Shown here: one piece after another, positions 11,201 to 21,846 of the stretch
Layout: each line of letters starts with the position of its first letter
Numbering within the stretch: the first letter of the stretch is position 1
Virus record (IMG/VR): IMGVR_UViG_3300045994_000055
Span: 32,001 to 96,000 of that record
Origin: a virus
Direction: 5' to 3' (one strand)
Length of the DNA: 64,000 bases
Notes under the pieces: generated by a model
What the model was told of the DNA's origin: nothing
Database searches by the model: none
What the model saw: the letters and a program-made list of their open reading frames with translations, nothing else
Made by a program: the position numbers and the translations under genes

Positions 11201-14200
11201 TGTGGTGATTGTTCCAATCTGCATAGTTAACGTCTGTTGCCAAACGTTCTGCATCGTAATACTGCTCCCCAGACGGTGAGCGGTAGGTATTAGAGATCGT
11301 GTCGTAATACGATGGCAAGTCAAAGTCAGTTACGCCAGTGTGCAAGAAATCTGTGGTACTTTGCGTTGGCAAGTATTCACGGATGATAGTGCGGTATGGC
11401 TTAACTTCGTTGATGTAGTCTTCGTAGTAAGTCTGATTGTCCTTGATGTAGCTTGGGTATTGTGCTAACTCGCGGATGTTGTGAACAACGGACAAGAACG
11501 ATGTCTTAAAGATCCAATCAGGTGCAGACTGCTCTGTGTAAATGTAGTTAACCAAGCTAAAGAATAGTTTGTTGAACTCAATTTGCAAGTCAGCGATAAA
11601 GATGTCATCAGACACTGCACTGAAAACGTCGCGTGTTTCAAGTATAGGATTCTGGTCGAATCGAATCGTATCAAAGTTATCATTACCAAAGCCCATGTTA
11701 CCGGCTTCTAAGTCGTACAGTGTAGGCAAGATTTGAATCGTGCCTTCCTCTGATGCAACCTTGTCCAAGGTTAATGTAGCAGTAGCCCGGTAAATGGCAA
11801 ACTTACCATTGCCGTCGTCTAGCACCTTGACAACATCGCCATTAACCAACGTTAGTTTACTGATCAATGGGTATGCTGCGATTGTATATGATGGGATCGT
11901 TGTTTTACTATAAGATGCATCATACCAATCTGCATACTTAAAATACAAACTAGTCAAATAGCTTTGGATACGACTCAATGTCCACTCAGCTTTACTTGCT
12001 GACCACACGTATATGGTCCATAGCCCATCGTAATCAGTGTCGTTGTTTACTAATACTTTGTATCCATCAGTTAGGTTAGTCTTTAAGATGTATCCTAACT
12101 CGTTCTTAGTAACTAAAATCTTGTCATACTCGCCTGTACCAGCAGCTGGTTTTGCTTCACCGTTGAGCAACTTATTCAGATTCCGCAAGTTAGCAATAGG
12201 GTACTGTGCGAATACATTATTGATGTACTTGACAAAATTAGCCAATGCTGTTTGCCTGTCAACAAACATTGTTTGACGGGGGCGAATGTCAATACCGTAA
12301 CGAGCAGCTACACTGAGCGCCGGGGCAGGCACTGCATGTCCAGCAAAATTGATACCAGACAAGCTGTCTTGAAGCTTATCTATAATACGATGCGGAATTT
12401 CCGAATTCGTATTCTCTTTAACTAGCTCATACTCAGTGTGAATAATATTCGTATTTTGTATTGGCGTGTGGTCAATGTGTAATGCAATTGCCTGCCCAAC
12501 CAAATAATTATTAATATTGAACAAGCTAACTGCGGTTGGCGCAATAGCAGCGATGTACGGAATACCTTGGTCTCGTGGATTAGATAAAATCTGCTGTATC
12601 GTGTAACCGCTATTAGTGCGATTGGTTAAGTTAGTGTCAACTGTAGTCTTGTCGCCCACCCAATAGTAATACTTGCTCTTAATAACATTTGTAGACTTAT
12701 CTACGTACATGTGCGTAACAAAATAACTATCATCTAAGTATTTAGGTACACCGTTACCACCATTGGCTACATATTGAGACGGGATATACTCGCTCGCTGT
12801 CCATTCGTATACCTTAAATTTACTGCCAGGGAAGGTGTTGCCCCAATGTGTATTTTTGTAATCTAACGAACCTTGTTCGTAGTTAACAAAACGTACTTGG
12901 CTCAAGTCCCACCATGTTTTGCCTAGCTGCAAGTCACTCCAATGGAAATCTAAACTAAATCCATCAATGCCATTATTGTACGATGCGGGATCTTGTTCTG
13001 TTTTGAAGTCTAAGTCTTGGTCAGCAATGCCTAATATTTTTCCCTTAGCTGGATCATATATATCAAGACGGGCAAGAATGCTTTGCGTGTTCTTGTTATA
13101 TACAAACGCTTTAGAAATACTTGAGTAATCAACTTGTGGTGTTTCAGTTCTAACTAGCTGCCATCCTTTGTAGTTTACAGCATTAAAGAATTCAAATACT
13201 GATCCACCAGCAATGTCATACATTTTGTCACCAGCGGAACCAACAAAGATCGACTTACCCATTATTTCAACAGCCGCACCAAACATCATACCAGTACTCA
13301 TCGCACCAGGCTTCAATACTTGAGTGTATTCAAACACTGATGGGCTATCTACTGTAGCATGTGGATTGTTGATCAAGTCAAATACATACACTGCGCCACT
13401 ATCAACAGTTGCATGTGTGAATACTGTACTACCAGAGTCAAAGTCTGTAGTATTAGTGTCAAACACCATCCCAACAATAGTAGTTGCACCGCTGGACGAT
13501 ATTGCCAATGTGTTCTCGTCTTCAGAAATACTCATTGCAATGCCAAAGACCTCACTCACGTTGGATAACGGATGATTAATAATTTGTGATGCAGGATAAG
13601 TGCTTAGCCCCAATGCGTCAAATGCTAATCTAGAAATCCCAGGTAATACATTAAACGTGTTAACACCAATTGTAGCCGACGCTATTCTCAATTTACCTTC
13701 ATAATTACTTGCAGTAATACCAGGTATACCTGAACTATTGATAGAATCAATGACTGATGCCAGCGTAGTCCCACCTAGTAGGACATCTACGTTATTAATT
13801 CTAATTTCGCCCCCAGCAGTAATTACTGGATTAACTACAGTGCCTGTAATTACACCATACAATTTTGCCGGATTGGTAAACTTGTGAACACCACCGTCAT
13901 ATGCTGGCGCAGAAACGTACATGGACGACGCATCATCACACATTATCACATTGGACCCAAATTGTTGGCCAGGAATACCAGTCAGTTTAGTGATTAGCGT
14001 AAAGTGGTTATTTTCAATTGATACAATTGTTCCGGCTGCTGGAGCCACAAAGAATTGCACTACTTGCCCGTACTGTATGTATTCTGTGTTTAGTTTTTGT
14101 TCTGCCCCATCCAATAATACTTTAAAACTGCTATCAATTGAGCGCTTTGTAGTTACTGTATTCGATGTGCCAACCATTATAAAGTTTTCAACGCTTCGAT

Positions 14201-17200
14201 CAAATACATATGCTGCATTGCTTGCACCAACAATGATAGTACGGCCATATAAGTCGCAATTGATACTTACACCAAAATTGTCACCAGGTGCCGTATCAGC
14301 AGCTGGTAATGCACCACGATACTTGTAATTGGTGGAGTAATCTATAGATATTTTTTCAGTAACAGGTAACGTAAATGTTAGAGTACTACCAGCTATAGTC
14401 GTGGATACTGTATAGTCTATATTTAAAATATACGCTGCACTGCCTTGCACTATGACGTCAGGTGAGTCAATTGCCACTGGTCCAACATATCCGATATCTA
14501 AATTAATCGTTGGATATGGGTTAGCAAGAGTACTATCAACCCACTCATATATATGAACTAATCCGCCGTTAGATGCGCCGGGCTCAGAAATATACAACCA
14601 ATTCCCATCATTGGATGAGCATATTGATGCACCGTAATATGCGTTTGTCGCAGGAAGTGGTGACACTAATACTTGTTGTAATGCAATGCCTGTTCCATTT
14701 TCTATCTTATAAATGTAAACGTGGCCTTGGTGTAAATCGTTGACACCTGCACCTTTGCTCTTGCTTGCACCAACAACCATGACACGGTCGTTCAAGTCTA
14801 GCGAATCACCAAAACCTAATGTGCCGCTTGCGCCGCTTGTGTAGCTGCTATGTTGGACCCAGCTTGCGTTTTCTATATACTCACCAGTGGCTTGGCGCAC
14901 AAAGCTTGATACGCGACCATTGCCACTGTCAGGCGACCCTACATACAAGAACTGCTTGCTCTTACTTGCTTTAACTGTTTTACCAAAACTATTTCCAGCG
15001 TAATATTCGCTGATATTAGGAATGGTTTTTGTTGCGTATGCCCATGGCTCATTGCGACGGTAAACACCCCAACCATTAGATGATGCGTTATCAACCCATA
15101 AGTTGTCATTGGCTGTCCATCCATATAGAGGGCTAGCCGTTTGAATATCTGCAACTGTTTTTAACCTGCTTGAAGATAGTTTAAACAACATAGCAGAGTC
15201 GTATATCACCTTGGCTTTTTGCAATGTGGTATACCCAGTAACTATAGCAATAGTGAAATTCAAACTATCTATTACATCGTATACTTGATAAAAGCCGTCA
15301 AACGACGTAAGTGTATCGTTTACGGTGTAGCTGAATCCCTTAAGCGCAATAATATCACCGATTGCCATTTGGTGTGGGCCGTTGGTTGTAACTGTGCCTA
15401 AGTTGTCCATGTTGTAAGTCAATGATACAACGTGAACACCTGTCTCGGACACACGATACACATTCCAGCTACCACTGAAGTCTTTTGCAGTCCAAATAGT
15501 ATAACCAGTACCGATGTTAGCAATGGATGATGACAAATTACGATAATCAGCAAAATCAAATATTGTTGCATCGACATCGTCTATTCGTGGGTAACCCGCG
15601 ACTGGTAATGTAATCTTGTCAGCTGATGTTTGATGTGTATCAAACATCTCTGGTGAGTTGTTTTTAGATGCGCGGTATATATCCATTGGATAATATGCTG
15701 TCGCACCAAATACAGGTGTCTCGCCATCGTGTAAAAACTGCAATGCTGCTGGATTTGCGGTAACTGCCAAATCACTAAGTATTACCTCAGCGTAATGATT
15801 GCTTTCCGTTGCACCGTATTCACCTACACGTAATGCCCACTCTTCATATACATTGATAGAGGTAGGGGAGCCATTGATCTCAGCTGATGACAACGCAGTC
15901 ACCGCATCAAGCGTGCCTTTTTGTTTTATGTAACCTTGATAGAACTTAACTTGGGTTTCTGCATCTATCAACAAATCAGTTAAGTAATTACGTTCCCTGA
16001 ATCCTGTCAAGCCATTGCTATAGAAGTTGACCGACTCATTGAACGGCTGATTATCAACATCATATACAGACTCAAACATCTTAGCATTGTTTGCAAAGTT
16101 AGGCATCAACCCGATTTTAAGTTGTGCCTGATCAATTTGCTTCCAATCTGCGGTAACAAAATCCACTGATGCTACTACATCAGTCAATGCAGTGTAATAC
16201 AAATCCTTAAACGTTACTAGCTGGCCCTTGCGGTAATCCACACCAGATTGCCAGATGTCATACTTTGCATCATTGTAAATAAAACCTGGTGGGTTCAATA
16301 CACCAGACCAATTTGCAGTTTTGTATCCCACAAACTTCAAACGATATTGGCGATTGCCAGTGTCTGCAGAATAAATGATATCATTGAATACTGTCGTGTT
16401 ATCAAAAATAATGACGTGCTCGTATTGCACTAAGCTTAACTCAGCTAACGCTATTGACTGCCCTGAAAAACTAGTTACCGTAAAATCATTATCGGACCGA
16501 ACTACGGTGAAGTTGGTGTTCTTAATAGTACCAAAATTTGGATCTAATAGCTTAGAGCCTGTTGGGGTGTTAACAATCTCATCAACTACTGAATTGGTTG
16601 CTGCCACTCGTAATTTGCTGTGCACTGGGCTCAATACTATTATGTTGCCAGGAGCCCATCCTTGTTGCGCCCAAGTTAAAAATTCCTTAGCAGACAAGAC
16701 CCAATCTTTTTTCTCGCCTAAGTCTAGGTCAGAGTCAATGAATATGAATCCTTGGCTTTGCAATGAACGTTGGTAGCTTACTAAGAAATCCACGACTTCT
16801 TGTGTAGACGTAAATTCGTAACCGTATGCAATTTTTTGCAATAAAGAATAGTAATCTTTAAAAATAGTACCAGTAAGTGCACCAACTTTAATAGAATAAG
16901 CATTATTGGAGGCTTGTGATGGGATGATAGTGAAGTAGGGGTTGCTTAAGTCGTAACCAGACACAGTGTAACCACCAGCACTCTTCTCAACAATAACCGC
17001 AGAGTAAACTATCTTCTCAACAGGGACAGATTTGTTTAGGATGATACTGTAGTTTTCGTCAGGGATAACAATACTGTTATTGGTAGACGATGGGCTACCT
17101 TGTTCAGCTAAAATCTTCAAGAACTTCTTATCAGTATAACCAGCTACCTTGTAGTTAAGCTGTACAGACACGTTCTTCAACGCTGTCTTAATTTTTGCTT

Positions 17201-20200
17201 GTGGGTCTCCAATTCCTAAGTTCTTTAAGTAGTCAGCAATCCAATTTACGTAACCCGCAGTGCGGATAACGCCACCACTAGATGTATCACCGTTGACTTC
17301 AATTGATGTAGGAGTTAAGTGCTGGTGTGTAGTCTTGTTGACGTATTGCATTAACCCGGCATCCATGCTGTAACGCTCCACATTGGCATATAAGCCAAAA
17401 TACATCGCTGGTTTAGTTAAAGCCATTGCAATTTGCACTGCGTAAGCATAGTCAGAACTCTTACGCCATGCTGCTTCCGCAGGACCAACATCACCAATTG
17501 CAAAACTTGTATTGGCTTTGGAGCCGTCAAAATCAAGCACTGCATACTTTTCGGGGCTTAACAAATTGCCTGCATCGTCTACCGGGATAAGACTTAGTAA
17601 GCCAGGACGTGCGTAAGTCGTGTCAATACCCGCACGTTCGCCTGCGTGGATGTAGCCCAAACTTAGGTCAGTCCATAGCGTTAAGTTACCACCAGTGTAA
17701 GGCGCTGGACCGTAACGGTCTTGCCACCACGTAGGTTTGTCGCTGAAGCCTAGCATTTCCCAAGGGTGGGTATGTGGGCGCATTGTATCATAGTAATACA
17801 TGAAAATCGCACGCCAGCTTCCCGGTAAGAACTCTCCATCAACCGTGTCACGGAAGTTTTTGTAGTTCCATGTCCATGGGTTACTGCCTTGGAAAAACTT
17901 GTTGGCCGTAAAATCTAAGCGATTTGCGCCCGCCCACACTAGGAAACTGTTAGACAAGATTTGGTTATATTCCGCTAAGTTGTAATCGGTATTACGGAAC
18001 TTGCCAGGTGTATGATCGGCATGCATCGATACATCATATACTGCTTTGATATTATTAAAGATCCGCATCTCTAATTCTAATAGCAAGTCATCTCTATAAT
18101 CATTGAACGCTGGAGTCAAACTACCATCGTGGCCTTGTATTACGTAATTAGGTGTTACATACGTATTATCTAAATACTTGGTTGGTGTGAATTTTGGGTA
18201 AAGGCCTAACTTAGACGGTGTCTCAGGAACAAAATTACCGTCAGTATTAGAGTACTCAACGATAGATAAAATATCATTGTAGTTTAAGTTATATGTATCC
18301 GCAATCGTAATAGACGGAGCATCCGCATTAAAGGAATAATCTCTGCCTTTTGCTAACAATGTTTTAGTTGTATTGTTGCCCACTGATCTACTAATGTAAA
18401 CCAATACTGCTTTATTGCTTAACACTGTATCATCAAATATAGATGTTAACTGGTACGACTTAACTCGAGGGTCCAGAATTGCGTAGTCAGGTAGCACAGT
18501 CTTAGCATCGCCGTGTGGAAGCATATCGCTGTAGTACCACGGGAACGAACTATTTTTAATACTATTGATTTGCTTGATAATTGCATCCGCAGTTGCTGGT
18601 ATATCAGTCAAGCTTACGTTAGTTGTTGTAGCTAATTCTAAGAAACGATTCTTGAATTTAGTGTATTCGCGTTGAGCTAACTTCACAGAGTCAACAAAAT
18701 TCATTTGTTGATCTACTAAGAATAACTCGCTGTACAGAACTGGCGCTGAGTGTTTAAGTATACTGCCGCCCTGTAACTTTATGTTAAGGTCGCGCAAGTT
18801 ACTTGTGCCTGGTACAGTTCCGGTGACGTCCATACTGTTACGATACAATGTAACCAAATGGTTACGCATTTGGCCAAGTGTTAGTGTCGCAAAGTTTGCA
18901 TTTTCCGCATTGTTGTCAAGGTTGGAAGGAACTTGGTAGAACCCCAATGCACTAGCGGTTTTACTGTAGATTAGAATATCAACAGAATCATTAGCTGCTA
19001 ACAATGTAGAGTCAATGACTACTACTGGACGGATGCCAACTTGAGTTAGACCAAATTTTGCAGTGTCAACAAATTTACTATTAACTAATACCTTTATGCT
19101 AGGGACGGTGTCCGGTGCTTCAGGTAGTATGTCCACTTCAAATACATTGTTTACACCGTCTGCGATGTAGGAAATTAATTGGTACTGCTTTGTAAATTCG
19201 TTAGTAAGTGTCCACCCATTAGCAACACTAAACGTAGAAATATCACTCGTGATATGTAACAAACCAGTGTTGACAGGTACAGTGTAAGTAACTGGCCCAA
19301 TTAAGTAGGAAAAAGTATCAGTGTCAAAATTATTAGAAAATTGGATATCACCAACATTGTTGAATGACCTGTAACTAAGTGGGAATCCCAATACTGTGTC
19401 ATTTGCTCCTGCCCCTGTCTTGTACGAGAAAATAGGAGTACCTGTGAAGTTAGTATTTGTATAGAATGATGTATCACCAAAACTAATACCATTCTTATCA
19501 AAAGCATCAAACAATGGAGCCTGGTTCGCTGCTAATTTGGATTGACTTGCAAGCCATTCAGAACCGTTAAACCAAAACTCAGTGGTTGTATTATTTTTAA
19601 CTACAACAGAGTTACCAGTAGCAATGATCGAATCAGTTGCTTCAATCAAGCTACCAATGTACTCCGCAGAGAAAGGATCGTTACTAACATTAACGATGGT
19701 GAATGTGTAAATTTTGTTACGAACAATAGTGCTAGTATCCTTGCTGAATACGACTCTATCGCCGTGGCGTAAAATAACCGTCGCACCTGCCACAGTTGTA
19801 ACAAACAATGTTGCACTGATTGCTGGGACAGCTTCGATTTGTGTATACGCATTTGTTATCACAGAGTCCAAAATATCAATTGGTGCTTTCGCCACTGTAC
19901 CGTGATTAAACAATTTTGTATTGCGCTGAATTTCAATGATAGGACGTTTTGCTGACGCATTTTGGTCAAGAAGTAACTCAGTACCATTGAACTCCGCTAC
20001 GTACTTAATGACGTCTACGTGTGTCCAACGATTGCTACGCGACCATGCATTCAAATCAGCCGACGCCCTGTTGACTGTCAAGTAATCATGCGTTACTGGT
20101 TGTAGTGCCAAATTAAGTTTAAGGCCAGTTCCAGAACCACCAATGACAGTCACGGGGTTTACTGGTAACGTACTATACAGACCGCTTGAGAGTATTTTAA

Positions 20201-21833
20201 AAGTTGTCACAGTGCCAGTTGCACTAACCCCTGTAATTAATATCGTCGCAGGCTGTGTGTATACTCCACCAGTGGCGGTTAACAAATCATTGACTTTGTA
20301 TCCTACGCCTTGTGCAATTTCTGAAACTGTGCTGGTCGCCCAATCCTCAATTGATAGCAAATGGTCAGCAGGTACTAATTTAATCGATTCACCAACACCA
20401 GATACATAGTAAGTGCGATTTGCAAATTCAGGAGTTACTGAGTGATCAAATGTAATCTGCAATCCACTTGTAAATGTCACACCATTAGGACTAACATAAT
20501 ATTGTTTGCCTTCTATGTCAACTAATGGATTTAGTATATCATTGACTGGTTGCACTAATTTAATGGTTCCTACTGCGCTTGCAGTTGAACCAGATTGGTA
20601 GTACAATGTGTCAAGTGCAGCGGTTGTTGAAGGTACTAGTGTAAAACGATCGTAGTAATCAACATAGAAATCTTTGGTTGCATTAGCGGAACCTGATTTA
20701 ACGTACACTTTTTCGTTTACTGCGACTGCTTGCTGTGGCGACAGATTAATGTACCCATCACTGTCAACTGTAATCAACCATGTTGAGCTACGTGCAGATT
20801 CGACCACAGTGGCGCCCATCGGTACATTCATTGTCCATGGTAATTGATCCACGCCAATGGCGCTCAGCATAAATGCAGCATCAGTGTTAGTTAGTGCCGC
20901 AGTGCGGGTAGTGGAAGCTGTCCAATCTAAATCGTCGTAAACACCACCAACAAAAATAAGAGTCTTGTTATGGATATTTCCTGTCGTGCCGTCTAATCCA
21001 CTAATAGTATTGAACGTTGCAAGACTTACGGCCTGAATATCTTTGTACGATAACTTTGTGGCGTAATCTACACTGGCCGCAGTGTTCATTGACATGAATC
21101 TAAGCTGTGTGTCTATTTGTGGCACGTTAAATGTTACGGAACCAGTGGATGCCCCATTATTGAGCACACCAAATACATCGCGTGTGCTTACGTTTGGCCT
21201 GTTAGCATCAAGACCAGTCATTCCGGGTTGTGTTTGAATCCAGAATGGATTGGTGCCGTCTACGTTGAACGTATACGAGCCACCGTATGCAAGCGTGATG
21301 TCAGCGTTGTTCACCATGCCAGTACCAAAGTAATAGGTATTGGTACCAGTGTTAAAATGTACGTCCCACGAATAATTTAGTGGTACCCCGTTTGCAGAAA
21401 CCACGACAGAGTCTGGTCCATTAGGCAACCAGTAGTATTGCGAGAAGTTAACAAACTTGTCTAAGTCTAGTAATCCAGAATAGCTATATGCTTGGTTACT
21501 GAATAATCTTGAATGATTATCTACATTGCCACCATAGTATGCAATCTTGTTAATTAAGTCAGGATACGATGCATAAAAATCTGTCGTACCAGCTTGGGGA
21601 TTGTTAACTATTACCCCTGGTTCAACTTGATAGTGTTGACGGGAGTCTGATGGCTCAGCTACATAGCCATCGCCAACTTTATACGTAGGGGCAAATTTTC
21701 TACCTATATAACCAGAGACCTTTTTAAAGTTTGGTTCGCTTGTTAACTGGTCTAATGTAGCATTGAGGAACTTTTGGTTCGTGTCTGTACGGAAGACTTC
21801 TGGTAGAAAATTATGTGTCTTAAATGCGGCCAT
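8217..21833 (-). CDS. Giant virion structural protein (4538 aa), baseplate-wedge associated
   Basis: Uninterrupted 13.6-kb ORF directly after the gp6-like gene; FG-GAP-like propeller repeats (FGKTV...GSP, FGDSL...VGA) and GSGYT repeats. Confidence 0.75.
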   Translation of the reverse strand: MAAFKTHNFLPEVFRTDTNQKFLNATLDQLTSEPNFKKVSGYIGRKFAPTYKVGDGYVAEPSDSRQHYQVEPGVIVNNPQAGTTDFYASYPDLINKIAYYGGNVDNHSRLFSNQAYSYSGLLDLDKFVNFSQYYWLPNGPDSVVVSANGVPLNYSWDVHFNTGTNTYYFGTGMVNNADITLAYGGSYTFNVDGTNPFWIQTQPGMTGLDANRPNVSTRDVFGVLNNGASTGSVTFNVPQIDTQLRFMSMNTAASVDYATKLSYKDIQAVSLATFNTISGLDGTTGNIHNKTLIFVGGVYDDLDWTASTTRTAALTNTDAAFMLSAIGVDQLPWTMNVPMGATVVESARSSTWLITVDSDGYINLSPQQAVAVNEKVYVKSGSANATKDFYVDYYDRFTLVPSTTAALDTLYYQSGSTASAVGTIKLVQPVNDILNPLVDIEGKQYYVSPNGVTFTSGLQITFDHSVTPEFANRTYYVSGVGESIKLVPADHLLSIEDWATSTVSEIAQGVGYKVNDLLTATGGVYTQPATILITGVSATGTVTTFKILSSGLYSTLPVNPVTVIGGSGTGLKLNLALQPVTHDYLTVNRASADLNAWSRSNRWTHVDVIKYVAEFNGTELLLDQNASAKRPIIEIQRNTKLFNHGTVAKAPIDILDSVITNAYTQIEAVPAISATLFVTTVAGATVILRHGDRVVFSKDTSTIVRNKIYTFTIVNVSNDPFSAEYIGSLIEATDSIIATGNSVVVKNNTTTEFWFNGSEWLASQSKLAANQAPLFDAFDKNGISFGDTSFYTNTNFTGTPIFSYKTGAGANDTVLGFPLSYRSFNNVGDIQFSNNFDTDTFSYLIGPVTYTVPVNTGLLHITSDISTFSVANGWTLTNEFTKQYQLISYIADGVNNVFEVDILPEAPDTVPSIKVLVNSKFVDTAKFGLTQVGIRPVVVIDSTLLAANDSVDILIYSKTASALGFYQVPSNLDNNAENANFATLTLGQMRNHLVTLYRNSMDVTGTVPGTSNLRDLNIKLQGGSILKHSAPVLYSELFLVDQQMNFVDSVKLAQREYTKFKNRFLELATTTNVSLTDIPATADAIIKQINSIKNSSFPWYYSDMLPHGDAKTVLPDYAILDPRVKSYQLTSIFDDTVLSNKAVLVYISRSVGNNTTKTLLAKGRDYSFNADAPSITIADTYNLNYNDILSIVEYSNTDGNFVPETPSKLGLYPKFTPTKYLDNTYVTPNYVIQGHDGSLTPAFNDYRDDLLLELEMRIFNNIKAVYDVSMHADHTPGKFRNTDYNLAEYNQILSNSFLVWAGANRLDFTANKFFQGSNPWTWNYKNFRDTVDGEFLPGSWRAIFMYYYDTMRPHTHPWEMLGFSDKPTWWQDRYGPAPYTGGNLTLWTDLSLGYIHAGERAGIDTTYARPGLLSLIPVDDAGNLLSPEKYAVLDFDGSKANTSFAIGDVGPAEAAWRKSSDYAYAVQIAMALTKPAMYFGLYANVERYSMDAGLMQYVNKTTHQHLTPTSIEVNGDTSSGGVIRTAGYVNWIADYLKNLGIGDPQAKIKTALKNVSVQLNYKVAGYTDKKFLKILAEQGSPSSTNNSIVIPDENYSIILNKSVPVEKIVYSAVIVEKSAGGYTVSGYDLSNPYFTIIPSQASNNAYSIKVGALTGTIFKDYYSLLQKIAYGYEFTSTQEVVDFLVSYQRSLQSQGFIFIDSDLDLGEKKDWVLSAKEFLTWAQQGWAPGNIIVLSPVHSKLRVAATNSVVDEIVNTPTGSKLLDPNFGTIKNTNFTVVRSDNDFTVTSFSGQSIALAELSLVQYEHVIIFDNTTVFNDIIYSADTGNRQYRLKFVGYKTANWSGVLNPPGFIYNDAKYDIWQSGVDYRKGQLVTFKDLYYTALTDVVASVDFVTADWKQIDQAQLKIGLMPNFANNAKMFESVYDVDNQPFNESVNFYSNGLTGFRERNYLTDLLIDAETQVKFYQGYIKQKGTLDAVTALSSAEINGSPTSINVYEEWALRVGEYGATESNHYAEVILSDLAVTANPAALQFLHDGETPVFGATAYYPMDIYRASKNNSPEMFDTHQTSADKITLPVAGYPRIDDVDATIFDFADYRNLSSSIANIGTGYTIWTAKDFSGSWNVYRVSETGVHVVSLTYNMDNLGTVTTNGPHQMAIGDIIALKGFSYTVNDTLTSFDGFYQVYDVIDSLNFTIAIVTGYTTLQKAKVIYDSAMLFKLSSSRLKTVADIQTASPLYGWTANDNLWVDNASSNGWGVYRRNEPWAYATKTIPNISEYYAGNSFGKTVKASKSKQFLYVGSPDSGNGRVSSFVRQATGEYIENASWVQHSSYTSGASGTLGFGDSLDLNDRVMVVGASKSKGAGVNDLHQGHVYIYKIENGTGIALQQVLVSPLPATNAYYGASICSSNDGNWLYISEPGASNGGLVHIYEWVDSTLANPYPTINLDIGYVGPVAIDSPDVIVQGSAAYILNIDYTVSTTIAGSTLTFTLPVTEKISIDYSTNYKYRGALPAADTAPGDNFGVSINCDLYGRTIIVGASNAAYVFDRSVENFIMVGTSNTVTTKRSIDSSFKVLLDGAEQKLNTEYIQYGQVVQFFVAPAAGTIVSIENNHFTLITKLTGIPGQQFGSNVIMCDDASSMYVSAPAYDGGVHKFTNPAKLYGVITGTVVNPVITAGGEIRINNVDVLLGGTTLASVIDSINSSGIPGITASNYEGKLRIASATIGVNTFNVLPGISRLAFDALGLSTYPASQIINHPLSNVSEVFGIAMSISEDENTLAISSSGATTIVGMVFDTNTTDFDSGSTVFTHATVDSGAVYVFDLINNPHATVDSPSVFEYTQVLKPGAMSTGMMFGAAVEIMGKSIFVGSAGDKMYDIAGGSVFEFFNAVNYKGWQLVRTETPQVDYSSISKAFVYNKNTQSILARLDIYDPAKGKILGIADQDLDFKTEQDPASYNNGIDGFSLDFHWSDLQLGKTWWDLSQVRFVNYEQGSLDYKNTHWGNTFPGSKFKVYEWTASEYIPSQYVANGGNGVPKYLDDSYFVTHMYVDKSTNVIKSKYYYWVGDKTTVDTNLTNRTNSGYTIQQILSNPRDQGIPYIAAIAPTAVSLFNINNYLVGQAIALHIDHTPIQNTNIIHTEYELVKENTNSEIPHRIIDKLQDSLSGINFAGHAVPAPALSVAARYGIDIRPRQTMFVDRQTALANFVKYINNVFAQYPIANLRNLNKLLNGEAKPAAGTGEYDKILVTKNELGYILKTNLTDGYKVLVNNDTDYDGLWTIYVWSASKAEWTLSRIQSYLTSLYFKYADWYDASYSKTTIPSYTIAAYPLISKLTLVNGDVVKVLDDGNGKFAIYRATATLTLDKVASEEGTIQILPTLYDLEAGNMGFGNDNFDTIRFDQNPILETRDVFSAVSDDIFIADLQIEFNKLFFSLVNYIYTEQSAPDWIFKTSFLSVVHNIRELAQYPSYIKDNQTYYEDYINEVKPYRTIIREYLPTQSTTDFLHTGVTDFDLPSYYDTISNTYRSPSGEQYYDAERLATDVNYADWNNHHTYKVVEIAVSASGDNYTTAPIITISGGGGTGATAKASQPVGGKVLTVTITNPGSGYTSIPTVTVNGNGEGLVLVPLLRNEFKVDVGHSYNTVRSVTTELKFDRITYDTQVVQWEPNTEYFATLGSSDSSSSQQYLWAGDAGHFESNIGIVDFSGILMAGTITGGTAQVLFNTSNAAEPTVWLESGVLVAYGGDIYLPVIPTESAQSATIKHVWHAGPTNDTRPLDSSHNPSPVPPPQVAGFTFVAQDAQGIQSVLEFSIPVSALHDLFDYSKFVKLDQGNVLITNNDRITGYYAPGEGMPGNSLTQLVNGIEYPGVTITGSKYSEDTVIGTFAVSSDILQHSVTPDVTGFFFKTGSWTLETFQTGDVLPPGYNIGDTKPTGMWIDGIVGGVISGPPESYIVNASVNFEYYIAQASAITLDVWGNVASQTANLSSTDLTDPTVGQFFQLTNNIVMPSSPTAGDGDIRINWLTGKWIIDNTEPYLDSSKVSKIEFATAMPLSALVIAGNQIDSTIASAYKDVRKFYGNGDVKSLGLGERPEDILIDGGQYYDTFSSHAPEEMMPGRVYETLDIQVLQANTNGFDTNVFTISSITVQDVGYGYDDAASIVDKASKGVDVTGIIPVHVTVNGINNANLVPVLAANGAITSFTIVSSGAGLTINSNPAIVITGTNIAPAHATAILSQSQYELIGWRDFYDMNGKVSYTRILPKYTTSLTQDLHITDTVVHVDNIYILSYPSVDLDAPGRVFINGELITFYGVDEANSTLTQIRRAAEGTGGAALHAAGSFVVDAGGDQIIPGTSYVPDVTVQGGPEIRHGDNVTTVFETHFINTIYPETVKVTVAGKKVTNFEVIQTHPVKIKFVRIGSNPYTPGFIPAAPALGAEIIISAAVEGIWENVLASDFGAFTLTTEAGFVPVGWDVLTQGIPPTTWDLGTQIMDGVTIQTDPVLTAMGFSWNSGGLSGDYLGTVPASVGAITDGGGMMLSTTIQSRFIRGEI

Positions 21834-21846
21834 TGTAATTTAGATG

